In this document: positions 24,011 to 32,000 of the stretch, in pieces
Position numbering within the stretch: the first letter of the stretch is position 1
How the letters are laid out: every line of letters starts with the position of its first letter
Assembly (NCBI RefSeq): GCF_000009705.1
Contig: NC_003272.1
Coordinates: forward strand, 2,910,001-2,942,000
Direction of reading: 5' to 3'
DNA length: 32,000 bases
From: Nostoc sp. PCC 7120 = FACHB-418
Lineage (GTDB): Bacteria; Cyanobacteriota; Cyanobacteriia; Cyanobacteriales; Nostocaceae
Made by a program: the position numbers and the translations under genes
The notes under the pieces: model-generated
Told to the model about the DNA's origin: nothing
Seen by the model: the letters and a program-made list of their open reading frames with translations, nothing else
The model's database searches: none

Positions 24011-24565
24011 CTAGTCCCTCGCTTCTAACCTCTCTTCTTTTCTGGCTTCATCGACTGGTGAATATGGTGCTTGAATCACGAAGGGCAATTCTGCACCTCT
24101 CAGTCCGCGTTGGATGCGTTCAGATGTTTCACTAAAAACCACAAACAAGGGATAGACGATATCAGCCCCTTCACTTAAAATATGGCTGTGGCGGAGGGGC
24201 ATTAACCATTCATAATCTTGGTTGAGCAAAACCTGGGTTTGTCGCCAACGTCCCAACAAATCAGAAAAGTCTTCATGGGGACGATGAATAAATAATAGAA
24301 TCTCGGCTCCCGTTTTAACCTTCCATTCAGGATCACACATGATAATTGCCACATCACAAGGTAAACAATTGGCCTGTGTGGTTGTAGCAACAGGATCACG
24401 CAGACGAACAATTGGCAGAGGGATAATAATTACACTTTCATCAGGACGACGCAAACTAGGAATCATCTCTAGATATGGTCGATGTTGTTTGAGTAGTGCG
24501 ATCGCCGCTTCATAATTACTATACTCTGCCAAACTCGCTTCATAGTCAGATTTTTGCACAGGCAT
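24011..24565 (-). CDS. Uncharacterised 184-aa protein, co-directional with and downstream of pilB-pilT-pilC
   Basis: ORF track. No motif I recognise and no transmembrane segment. Confidence 0.5.
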   Translation of the reverse strand: MPVQKSDYEASLAEYSNYEAAIALLKQHRPYLEMIPSLRRPDESVIIIPLPIVRLRDPVATTTQANCLPCDVAIIMCDPEWKVKTGAEILLFIHRPHEDFSDLLGRWRQTQVLLNQDYEWLMPLRHSHILSEGADIVYPLFVVFSETSERIQRGLRGAELPFVIQAPYSPVDEARKEERLEARD

Positions 24566-24572
24566 GAATCAA

Positions 24573-24607
24573 TTCAAAATTCAAAATTCAAAATTCAAAA
24601 TTCAAAA
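24573..24607. repeat. Heptamer array TTCAAAA x5
   Basis: Read directly. It begins 8 nt upstream of the start of the 184-aa gene (minus strand). Confidence 0.9.
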
Positions 24608-24848
24608 TACCCTACGGGTTCGCGTAGCGTTCTCGTTCGCGTCTCCGACAGGAGAAGAGTAGGCTCCGTCAACAAAATTAAAGATAGCTGCCCACAAGGA
24701 GCAGGAGGAGTTTTTACTTACCTTCTCTACGAGAGACTGTGCCAAGGGAAACAATGATTCTTTCCCCCACAGTTCCACTCGGTTTTAAAACTCACTTTTT
24801 TTCATAATCCATTCAAAATTCAAAAAATTAATTTTCCTCATATCTCAT

Positions 24849-26072
24849 CTATCCCAGTGTTTCAAATACTTTGAATAAGGGTAAATACATCGCTAATAGA
24901 ATTGTTCCCACCATACCCCCTAGAACTAAAATCATAATTGGTTCTAAAACGCTGGTTAATGCTTTGACGGCTTGCTCAACCTCATCTTCATAAAAATCGG
25001 CAATTTTCATCAGCATTCCATCCAATTCCCCGGTTTCTTCACCGATGCTAATCATTTGAATTGCCATTGGTGGAAAAACCGCTTCTTTTTGGAGAGCGAT
25101 ACTAATCATACCTCCTTGCTGAATTTCGGCTCGTGCGGCATCAATAGCATTAGCAACAACCTGATTTCCTGATGTATCTCGCACGATCTCTAAAGAAGTA
25201 AGAATAGGTACACCAGAACGAGTCAAAGAACCAAAAGTACGACTAAAACGGGCTACTGAAGATTTTTGAATCAAGTCACCAAATAAAGGCATCTTTAAAG
25301 AAAGGCGGTCAATTGTTTCCCTCCCAATACGAGTTTTATAATACTGTGAATAGGCAAATTTGAAGCCAACAATTCCAGCAATAATCACTAACGACCACAA
25401 ACTTCTTAAAACTTGGCTACAAGTCATTAAAAATGCGGTTAATGGAGGTAATTCTGTTCCTAATTCCACGAAAATCTTGGCAAAAATGGGGATAAGAAAA
25501 ACAGTCATCCCCACAAAAATACCAGTTGCTAGAATACCAACCACCACAGGATAAGCTAGGGCTGACTTAATTTGGTTTTGTAATCGAGCCATGTCTTCTA
25601 ACAATTTGGCTAAACGATTCAAAACTTCATCTAAAACACCACCGACTTCCCCGGCTTGAATCATGCTCACATACAAACCATCAAAACAGCCAGGATGCTT
25701 ACGCATAGCATCCGAAAGATTGACCCCACTTTGAACATCATTGCTAATATCATTGAGGGCTTGTTTGAGTTTAGCATTGGTACACTGATCGCCTAGCACT
25801 CCCAACCCTCGGACAATTGCTACACCAGCATTTACCAATGTGGCAAGTTGTCGAGAGAATACTGCCTTTTCCTTTACTGTTACCTTGACGAAGGAATTCT
25901 GAAACTTTTGGAAATCAAAATTGGCAGCAAAGTTTTGCGACTGTTTAAGTTCTTGGATGACCAATCCCTGATCTCTAAGATTAGTACGAGCTTGTGCCAA
26001 AGATTCAGCAACAACTTTCTCTTTTCTCGTTTTTCCTTGCGTGTCCCGAACTTGGGCAATAAATGTTGGCAT
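24849..26072 (-). CDS. pilC: Type IV pilus inner-membrane platform protein PilC (GspF family)
   Basis: MPTFIAQVRDTQGKTRKEKV... N-terminus, duplicated GspF-type domains and three hydrophobic segments, in a pilB-pilT-pilC context. Confidence 0.9.
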   Translation of the reverse strand: MPTFIAQVRDTQGKTRKEKVVAESLAQARTNLRDQGLVIQELKQSQNFAANFDFQKFQNSFVKVTVKEKAVFSRQLATLVNAGVAIVRGLGVLGDQCTNAKLKQALNDISNDVQSGVNLSDAMRKHPGCFDGLYVSMIQAGEVGGVLDEVLNRLAKLLEDMARLQNQIKSALAYPVVVGILATGIFVGMTVFLIPIFAKIFVELGTELPPLTAFLMTCSQVLRSLWSLVIIAGIVGFKFAYSQYYKTRIGRETIDRLSLKMPLFGDLIQKSSVARFSRTFGSLTRSGVPILTSLEIVRDTSGNQVVANAIDAARAEIQQGGMISIALQKEAVFPPMAIQMISIGEETGELDGMLMKIADFYEDEVEQAVKALTSVLEPIMILVLGGMVGTILLAMYLPLFKVFETLG

Positions 26073-26179
26073 ATATCAATATCAAAATTCAAAATACTCT
26101 ACGAGAAGCAAGCTACAAAATTCAAAAATAATTAATAGTTATTATTCATGGCTAATAAACAATAACTATTGACTTTTTT

Positions 26180-27298
26180 TTAATGTGCTTTGACGGCTCC
26201 GGCTTTAGCCCCTGGTGGTGGGGCAGAAGGACCGATGAGGCGTTGAATTTCATCTGGCTTAGATGTTTTAGACATTGCTGCTTCAAAAGAAATTGTGCCT
26301 GATTTGTAATAATCAGCTAAAACCTTTTCTAATGTTTGCATTCCTAACTTACCGCCAGTCTGAATGGCGGAATAAATTTGTGAGGTTTTACCTTCACGAA
26401 TTAAGTTAGAAATAGCAGGAGTAATAATCATAATTTCTTGTGCCATGACACGGCCGTATTCACCGGGCTTGGGATTTTTCTTCGGCACTAATGTTTGGCT
26501 AAATACAGCTACTAAAGAGTTAGATAACTGTACCCGTACTTGAGTTTGTTTTTCGTGGGGAAAAACGTCGATAATCCGGTCAACAGTCTGAGAAGCAGAA
26601 CTAGTGTGCAGCGTACCAAATACTAAGTGTCCGGTTTCTGCGGCAGAAATCGCCAAAGAAATCGTCTCCAAATCCCGCATTTCCCCAACCAAAACAATAT
26701 CTGGATCTTCCCGCAAAGCTGCTTTTAAAGCGTTAGCAAAGCTTTTTGTATCTTCACCTAATTGTCGTTGGTGAACTAAGCTTTTAATTGGTTCGTATAC
26801 AAATTCAATGGGGTCTTCTACTGTCAGGATATGCTCTGCCTTCGTGCGGTTAATTAAGTCAATCATTGCCGCCAGAGTGGTTGTTTTACCGGAACCTGTC
26901 GGCCCTGTGACGAGAATCAACCCTCTAGGTTTGTCGCACATTTCCCGTACAACATCCGGTAAACCCAACTTTTCAAAATTAGGAATTTTGGAACTGAGCG
27001 CTCTTAAACAAGCAGCATAAGCACCACGCTCTTTATAAACATTGACCCGGAAGCGAGCCAAACCTTTGACACCATAGGAACAATCTAACTCCCAAGTCTG
27101 CTCTAAGGTTTTACGTTGGGTGTTATTGAGCATACTAAAAATCAGTCTTTGGCACTGGTCGGCGGTCAGTACTTCTTCGCCTATGGGTGTGAGTTTGCCA
27201 CTGATACGGAAATAGGGGGGCAACCCTGCGGATAAGTGCATATCCGAACCACCCATTTCAATCATCTGCTCCATCAAGTCTTCAATCATCATTTCCAT
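26180..27298 (-). CDS. pilT: Type IV pilus retraction ATPase PilT
   Basis: The ORF track entry extends to a TTG at 27328 that lies inside a TTCAAAA-type repeat; the first ATG is 27298 (MEMMIEDL...). Walker A is GPTGSGKTTT. Also present are the AIRNLIRE-like ISNLIREGK and GMQTLEKVLADYY. Confidence 0.9.
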   Translation of the reverse strand: MEMMIEDLMEQMIEMGGSDMHLSAGLPPYFRISGKLTPIGEEVLTADQCQRLIFSMLNNTQRKTLEQTWELDCSYGVKGLARFRVNVYKERGAYAACLRALSSKIPNFEKLGLPDVVREMCDKPRGLILVTGPTGSGKTTTLAAMIDLINRTKAEHILTVEDPIEFVYEPIKSLVHQRQLGEDTKSFANALKAALREDPDIVLVGEMRDLETISLAISAAETGHLVFGTLHTSSASQTVDRIIDVFPHEKQTQVRVQLSNSLVAVFSQTLVPKKNPKPGEYGRVMAQEIMIITPAISNLIREGKTSQIYSAIQTGGKLGMQTLEKVLADYYKSGTISFEAAMSKTSKPDEIQRLIGPSAPPPGAKAGAVKAH

Positions 27299-27345
27299 AG
27301 GGTCGCTTTGCTCCAATTCAAAATTCAAACAAATAAATGCAATGA

Positions 27346-29358
27346 CTAATCTTCAAAACGGGGTGTTAGACAGTAGGGACAATCTAGCCATTCTGGTTGT
27401 AATATGGCACTACACGTCCGGCAGGTAAGACCAGTCTTGCGTTTAGCTTTTAACTCAGCTTCCAAACCTGTGTCTGTGAATGTCACCCGTTCCACTTCTT
27501 CTAAGGTGGTAGCACCTTGGCGAACGAGGTCTAGGCTATAAGCCAATAAGGTTTTCATCCCTTCTTCTACGGCTACTTCTTTGATGCGTTCTGTTGGTGC
27601 TTCTTCGTTGATTAAAGTTTGTAGGTTTTCTGTAACCCGCATCACTTCATAAACACCACAGCGTCCTTTATAGCCGACACCGTTACAAGCTGGACAAAGC
27701 TCATTTTTAGCTTTGGCTTCGGCGATCGCTTCTGCTGGGACAATGTTAGCTTTATAGAAGGTGACAGACACTTCTTGAGAAGCAGACATTCCATAACGAG
27801 CTAATTCCTCAGTGGTGGGAGTATAAGCAATACGGCACTCACTACAAACACGGCGCACTAGACGTTGTGCCAATACCCCAATTAGAGAACTGGAAACCAT
27901 GAATGGTTCAATACCCATTTCGCCCAAACGAGCGATCGCACCAGGGGCATCGTTGGTGTGTAATGTAGTTAAGACCAAGTGACCTGTTAAAGCCGCTTCA
28001 ATCGCTGTTTTCGCTGTTTCTTTGTCTCTTGTTTCACCCACCAGCAACACATCAGGATCTTGTCGCAAAAAAGCCCGTAATGCTGTGGCAAAATCTAGCC
28101 CTTTTTCCCGAATTACCTGTACTTGAGTAATCCCCGGCAAACTGTACTCAATCGGGTCTTCTACCGTACTGATATTAATACCTGGTGAGTTCTTCTCAGA
28201 CAGTGCCGAATACAAGGAAGTGGTTTTACCTGAACCAGTCGGCCCAGTCACCAAAATCAACCCGAAAGGCTTACTCACCATATCTTGGACAATCTGCAAT
28301 GTTTCTGGGTCAGTGATTAACTTATTTAGCCCCAGTTGGGTAGAAGAATTATCCAAAATTCGTAGTACTACCTTTTCCCCATAGCGACTAGGTAAGGTAT
28401 TCACCCGGAAGTCAACCTTGCGTCCCTCAAACATCCGCCGGATACGTCCATCTTGGGGTAAACGTCGCTCGGCAATATCTAAATTGGAGATAATTTTAAA
28501 TCTAGCTGTAACAGCCGGAATAATTTTTTTCGGTAGGGGGTCAAAAGCCTCCCGCAGTACCCCATCCTTGCGGAAGCGAATCCGCAGGTTTTCTTCTTGG
28601 GGTTCGATGTGGATATCAGAAACCTTCTCATGCAAAGCCTTCGCCAAAATTCTATTGACGAGGTTGATGACTGGTGCATCCTCTGCACCCTTCATTGCTG
28701 AACCTAAATCAGCCTCCATCTCTTCAGGAGCATCTTCTAGGTCGAGATTGCCAAGATTTTCTAAATCCTGATTAATATCTGTAAATTTTTCTTGTTCCAG
28801 GTGCTTTTGCCGCACAGCTAATTCATCCAAATATTGGTTAATTAGCTGTTGGTAATCCTCCTGGGTAATTACCATACGCTGTAATGTTAAACCTTGGGGG
28901 CGTAAGATGCGGTTTAGGTCATCCGATGCTTCCAAGTTATCGGGAGCCACCATCGCCACTAAAACATAAGGCGGCGTATGTTCATCATTTTTAGATAGTG
29001 GAACTAAACGATGACGACGGCAGATATCAACTGGGATGAGGGTTTCAATTAAATTACCCACCATCGAGCTACCGATATTGTTGACCTCCGGATCGAGGTA
29101 TTCAACACCGTATAGTATTTTCAGTTCAAATAATTGTTGTTTCTTGTACTGCCTGAGATACTCAGGTGACAATTGTCGCCCAGTAATTGACTCCAAAACT
29201 TCTGTTAAGGGTCTACCAGACTTGCGACTTTCAATCAGCGCCTGTCTCATCTGTTCGGTATTAATGTAGCCAGACTGCACTAGCTTATTACCGAAAGGCG
29301 AAAACTCTGTTCTTGTAGTAAGAGCGGTACTGCGCCGTTGTGGTGACGAGTAAGTCAT
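27346..29358 (-). CDS. pilB: Type IV pilus assembly ATPase PilB (GspE family) with an additional C-terminal CxxC-x13-CxxC tail
   Basis: Walker A is GPTGSGKTTS. The standard tetracysteine motif is CSEC...CPAC. The extra tail is TCRTCSAILQPEWLDCPYCLTPRFED. Confidence 0.9.
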   Translation of the reverse strand: MTYSSPQRRSTALTTRTEFSPFGNKLVQSGYINTEQMRQALIESRKSGRPLTEVLESITGRQLSPEYLRQYKKQQLFELKILYGVEYLDPEVNNIGSSMVGNLIETLIPVDICRRHRLVPLSKNDEHTPPYVLVAMVAPDNLEASDDLNRILRPQGLTLQRMVITQEDYQQLINQYLDELAVRQKHLEQEKFTDINQDLENLGNLDLEDAPEEMEADLGSAMKGAEDAPVINLVNRILAKALHEKVSDIHIEPQEENLRIRFRKDGVLREAFDPLPKKIIPAVTARFKIISNLDIAERRLPQDGRIRRMFEGRKVDFRVNTLPSRYGEKVVLRILDNSSTQLGLNKLITDPETLQIVQDMVSKPFGLILVTGPTGSGKTTSLYSALSEKNSPGINISTVEDPIEYSLPGITQVQVIREKGLDFATALRAFLRQDPDVLLVGETRDKETAKTAIEAALTGHLVLTTLHTNDAPGAIARLGEMGIEPFMVSSSLIGVLAQRLVRRVCSECRIAYTPTTEELARYGMSASQEVSVTFYKANIVPAEAIAEAKAKNELCPACNGVGYKGRCGVYEVMRVTENLQTLINEEAPTERIKEVAVEEGMKTLLAYSLDLVRQGATTLEEVERVTFTDTGLEAELKAKRKTGLTCRTCSAILQPEWLDCPYCLTPRFED

Positions 29359-29743
29359 AGGTGAGCAATGAGTAGGGAAAACCTCTATTTAGAGTATTCC
29401 CAGCCAGAGGCTAAAAATTTTCATCCACACTTAGTAAATTCCAGTCAAAACTTTACGAAGGGATTGGAGACAACAAGACGCAGGAAAGCGGGGGGAAAAG
29501 AAAACTATTGGCAGCTAACAACTGACAACTGACTAATTACTAATGACTCTTCGTTCGGAATACCGCCCCTAGAATGTTGACGCTAACCTGTTCACCATTT
29601 GTAAAAATAAGATGATGTTACCCTCATCTCTAAAAAAATTTAGGCAAAAAAATCAGTCTCAGTGTACAGCCATCAATTGTCAGGGTTGTTCATTGTGATG
29701 AAATACTGCCGTAAATCCTATTTGGGGTGAGTAGACTTGGACA

Positions 29744-30490
29744 ATGATCGACGAAAATAAACAGGTAAACCATACAAGCCAGCAATTGGGTGAATCAACA
29801 GAGGTAAAGCAAGCAATTATGAGTGAATCCCCAGCCCAAATTAACAATAACGAATCTGCTAACGAAGTAACTGAGCCAGTGGCAATCCCAACCAATGTAG
29901 TGGGAGACACTACAGCTACAGAAGATAATGGCTTCACAGCAACACAGATACAGGAAGCGAATACAGCTGCTTTGGCTGAATTGACTCAACAGATCAGTTC
30001 TCTCAAAACGCAGTTAGATGAACGCAGTACGCAATATATGCGGATCGCGGCAGATTTTGAAAATTACCGCAAGCGCACTCAAAAAGAAAAAGAAGAGTTG
30101 GACTTACAGGTAAAACGAAACACAATTTTGGAGTTGCTACCTATTGTCGATAATTTTGAGCGGGCGCGATCGCATCTTAAGCCACAAACTGAAAGTGAGA
30201 TGACAATTCACAAAAGTTATCAAGGAGTATACAAACAACTCGTAGATTCCCTGAAGCGCCTGGGTGTATCACCAATGCGTCCCGAAGGACAAGAGTTTGA
30301 TCCCAACCTTCATGAAGCAGTAATGCGGGAACCTACTGATGAACATCCTGAAGGAACAGTGTTAGAAGAGTTAGTACGTGGATATTACTTGGGCGATCGC
30401 GTGCTACGCCATTCTATGGTCAAGGTGGCTGCTCCAAAGGAAGATACGCTGCCTGCACAAGAAAATCAGTCGAGTCCAGCCGACAGTTAA
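29744..30490 (+). CDS. grpE: Nucleotide exchange factor GrpE
   Basis: [18 protein letters not shown] ... [11 protein letters not shown] ... FDPNLHEAV ... [16 protein letters not shown] are canonical GrpE motifs. The position of the N-terminal start is less certain. Confidence 0.85.
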   Translation: MIDENKQVNHTSQQLGESTEVKQAIMSESPAQINNNESANEVTEPVAIPTNVVGDTTATEDNGFTATQIQEANTAALAELTQQISSLKTQLDERSTQYMRIAADFENYRKRTQKEKEELDLQVKRNTILELLPIVDNFERARSHLKPQTESEMTIHKSYQGVYKQLVDSLKRLGVSPMRPEGQEFDPNLHEAVMREPTDEHPEGTVLEELVRGYYLGDRVLRHSMVKVAAPKEDTLPAQENQSSPADS

Positions 30491-30552
30491 GCTGTATCAG
30501 CTCGCCTCGCTGACCAATAGTGCTTAGGTCATAGAAGAGGCGAGCATTGTTA

Positions 30553-30596
30553 GGGATTGGGGACTGGGGACTGGAGATTGGGAACTGGGGACTGGG
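30553..30596. repeat. STRR1-type heptamer array (GGGATTG GGGACTG GGGACTG GAGATTG GGAACTG GGGACTG)
   Basis: Read directly, in the grpE-dnaK spacer. Confidence 0.9.
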
Positions 30597-30661
30597 TAAT
30601 AGTAAAACTTCTGCCTAGCGCCTGCGGTTTGCCTTCAGCGACTACCTCCTATCTTCTTCAA

Positions 30662-30684
30662 TTTTGAATTTTGAATTTTGAATT
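30662..30684. repeat. TTTTGAA x3, the reverse complement of the TTCAAAA unit seen around the pil genes
   Basis: Read directly. Confidence 0.9.
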
Positions 30685-30772
30685 GACTTAGCTTCCTAAC
30701 ATTAAAGTCAGCCTAAGTTCGTACCCAAAAAAAGATAGTTCGCGCAAAAGCACTCAGTAAAAATATTTACGT

Positions 30773-32000
30773 ATGGGAAAAGTTATTGGGATCGACTTAG
30801 GCACGACAAATAGTTGTGTCGCGGTTTTGGAAGGTGGTCAACCGATAGTGATCGCCAATTCTGAAGGCGGAAGAACCACACCGAGCATTGTGGGGTTTGG
30901 CAAAAGTGGCGATCGCTTGGTCGGTCAACTAGCAAAACGCCAAGCTGTAACTAATGCCGAAAACACGATTTTTAGCATTAAACGGTTTATCGGTCGTCGT
31001 TGGGAAGATACAGAAACAGAACGCGATCGTGTACCTTATGGCTGTGTCAAAGGTCGAGATGATACTGTTGATGTGCAGATTCGTGGACGAAATTACACGC
31101 CCCAAGAAATATCCGCTATGATTCTGCAAAAACTCAAACAGGACGCGGAAAACTTTTTGGGTGAAGCAGTTACACAAGCAGTAATTACCGTACCTGCCTA
31201 TTTTACTGACGCTCAAAGACAAGCTACTAAAGATGCTGGTACTATTGCCGGGCTGGAAGTTTTAAGAATTATCAATGAACCAACGGCTGCGGCTTTAGCC
31301 TTTGGGTTAGAAAAGCAAGACCAAGAGCAGCTAATTTTAGTTTTTGACTTGGGCGGCGGAACTTTTGACGTATCGATCCTCCAATTGGGGGACGGTGTAT
31401 TTGAAGTCAAAGCCACCAGTGGTAATAATCAACTAGGTGGTGATGACTTTGACGGCTGTGTCGTGTGTTGGATGATTGAACGATTCCAACAACAAGAAAA
31501 AATCGACCTAGCCCAAGATAAGATGGCGCTGCAACGCTTACGAGAAGCAGCCGAGAAAGCTAAAATTGAACTCTCCAGTATGGCAAGTACCTCAATTAAC
31601 TTGCCTTTTATTACGGCTGATGAAACTGGACCCAAGCATCTAGAAATGGAACTTAGTCGTTCTAAGTTTGAAGAGTTGGTAGGACAGTTAATTGAAGCTA
31701 CCATCCAGCCAATGATTCAAGCCCTTAAAGATGCAGATCTGAAACCACAAGATATAGATAAGATTATTTTGGTGGGTGGTTCTACCCGTATTCCGGCGGT
31801 GCAGAATGCCTTAATCAAGTTTTTTAACGGTAAAGCCCCAGACCGTTCGGTTAATCCTGATGAAGCCGTAGCTCTGGGTGCAGCAATTCAAGCTGGGGTA
31901 CTAGGTGGCGAAGTTGATAATCTCTTGCTATTGGATGTCACACCTTTATCTTTAGGGATTGAAACTTTAGGAGAAGTATTCACCAAAATCATCGAACGTA
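30773..32000 (+). CDS. dnaK: Chaperone DnaK (Hsp70), N-terminal ~409 codons; the gene continues past the window end
   Basis: Absent from the ORF track because there is no stop in the window. My translation from the ATG at 30773 is [38 protein letters not shown] ... [12 protein letters not shown] ... [13 protein letters not shown] ... [16 protein letters not shown]. Confidence 0.95.
   Translation, partial: MGKVIGIDLGTTNSCVAVLEGGQPIVIANSEGGRTTPSIVGFGKSGDRLVGQLAKRQAVTNAENTIFSIKRFIGRRWEDTETERDRVPYGCVKGRDDTVDVQIRGRNYTPQEISAMILQKLKQDAENFLGEAVTQAVITVPAYFTDAQRQATKDAGTIAGLEVLRIINEPTAAALAFGLEKQDQEQLILVFDLGGGTFDVSILQLGDGVFEVKATSGNNQLGGDDFDGCVVCWMIERFQQQEKIDLAQDKMALQRLREAAEKAKIELSSMASTSINLPFITADETGPKHLEMELSRSKFEELVGQLIEATIQPMIQALKDADLKPQDIDKIILVGGSTRIPAVQNALIKFFNGKAPDRSVNPDEAVALGAAIQAGVLGGEVDNLLLLDVTPLSLGIETLGEVFTKIIER

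Noticed and set aside
25848-26135. ORFs of 95 aa (plus) and 70 aa (minus, out of frame) across the pilC 5' end and the pilT-pilC spacer
   Set aside because: They overlap the canonical pilC N-terminus or run through repeat sequence, and there is no supporting signal.
29359-29743. Looked for a CIRCE/HrcA operator and a clear sigma-70 promoter in the pilB-grpE divergent spacer
   Set aside because: There is no TTAGCACTC-N9-GAGTGCTAA. A TTGACG hexamer (about 29576) followed by an A/T-rich stretch is promoter-like, but the spacing and -10 match are too ambiguous to call.
30929-31704. Three minus-strand ORFs (67-97 aa) listed in the track
   Set aside because: They lie antisense within the dnaK coding region, which translates without interruption into a canonical Hsp70.

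Overview
This window looks like a chromosomal segment from a filamentous Nostoc/Anabaena-type cyanobacterium. The HIP1 octamer GCGATCGC occurs at least 25 times by my reading. Heptamer STRR arrays (GGGATTG/GGGACTG, ACTAATG, TTCAAAA, GTTGACC) sit at many gene boundaries. Gene content is mostly housekeeping, envelope and motility. In order: a partial peptidoglycan-binding protein gene; two small envelope proteins of unknown function; a 1627-aa cytoplasmic hybrid sensor kinase carrying four receiver domains, an OmpR-type DNA-binding domain and an HPt domain, followed by a CheY-like gene; a 2048-aa TamB/DUF490-type protein with an internal 210-bp tandem repeat array; a DUF3110-like gene; murQ; fused modBC; an MFS transporter; aspS; an accessory patch of orphan HicB-like antitoxin, Uma2 (DUF820) nuclease and an AT-rich HEPN gene; an oxidoreductase; an uncharacterised 184-aa gene; pilC-pilT-pilB; and divergent grpE-dnaK (dnaK runs off the window). 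I found no tRNA, rRNA, CRISPR array, transposase or integrase. No strongly supported novel system is evident. The best candidate is the co-directional HEPN-Uma2-HicB cluster at about 21.1-22.6 kb, where toxin-antitoxin/defence-type domains occur without their canonical partners. Secondary curiosities are the single-polypeptide phosphorelay protein, the recently expanded in-frame repeats in the TamB-like gene, and heptamer repeats that intrude into coding sequence. All protein family calls rest on motif recognition by eye, not on database searches.
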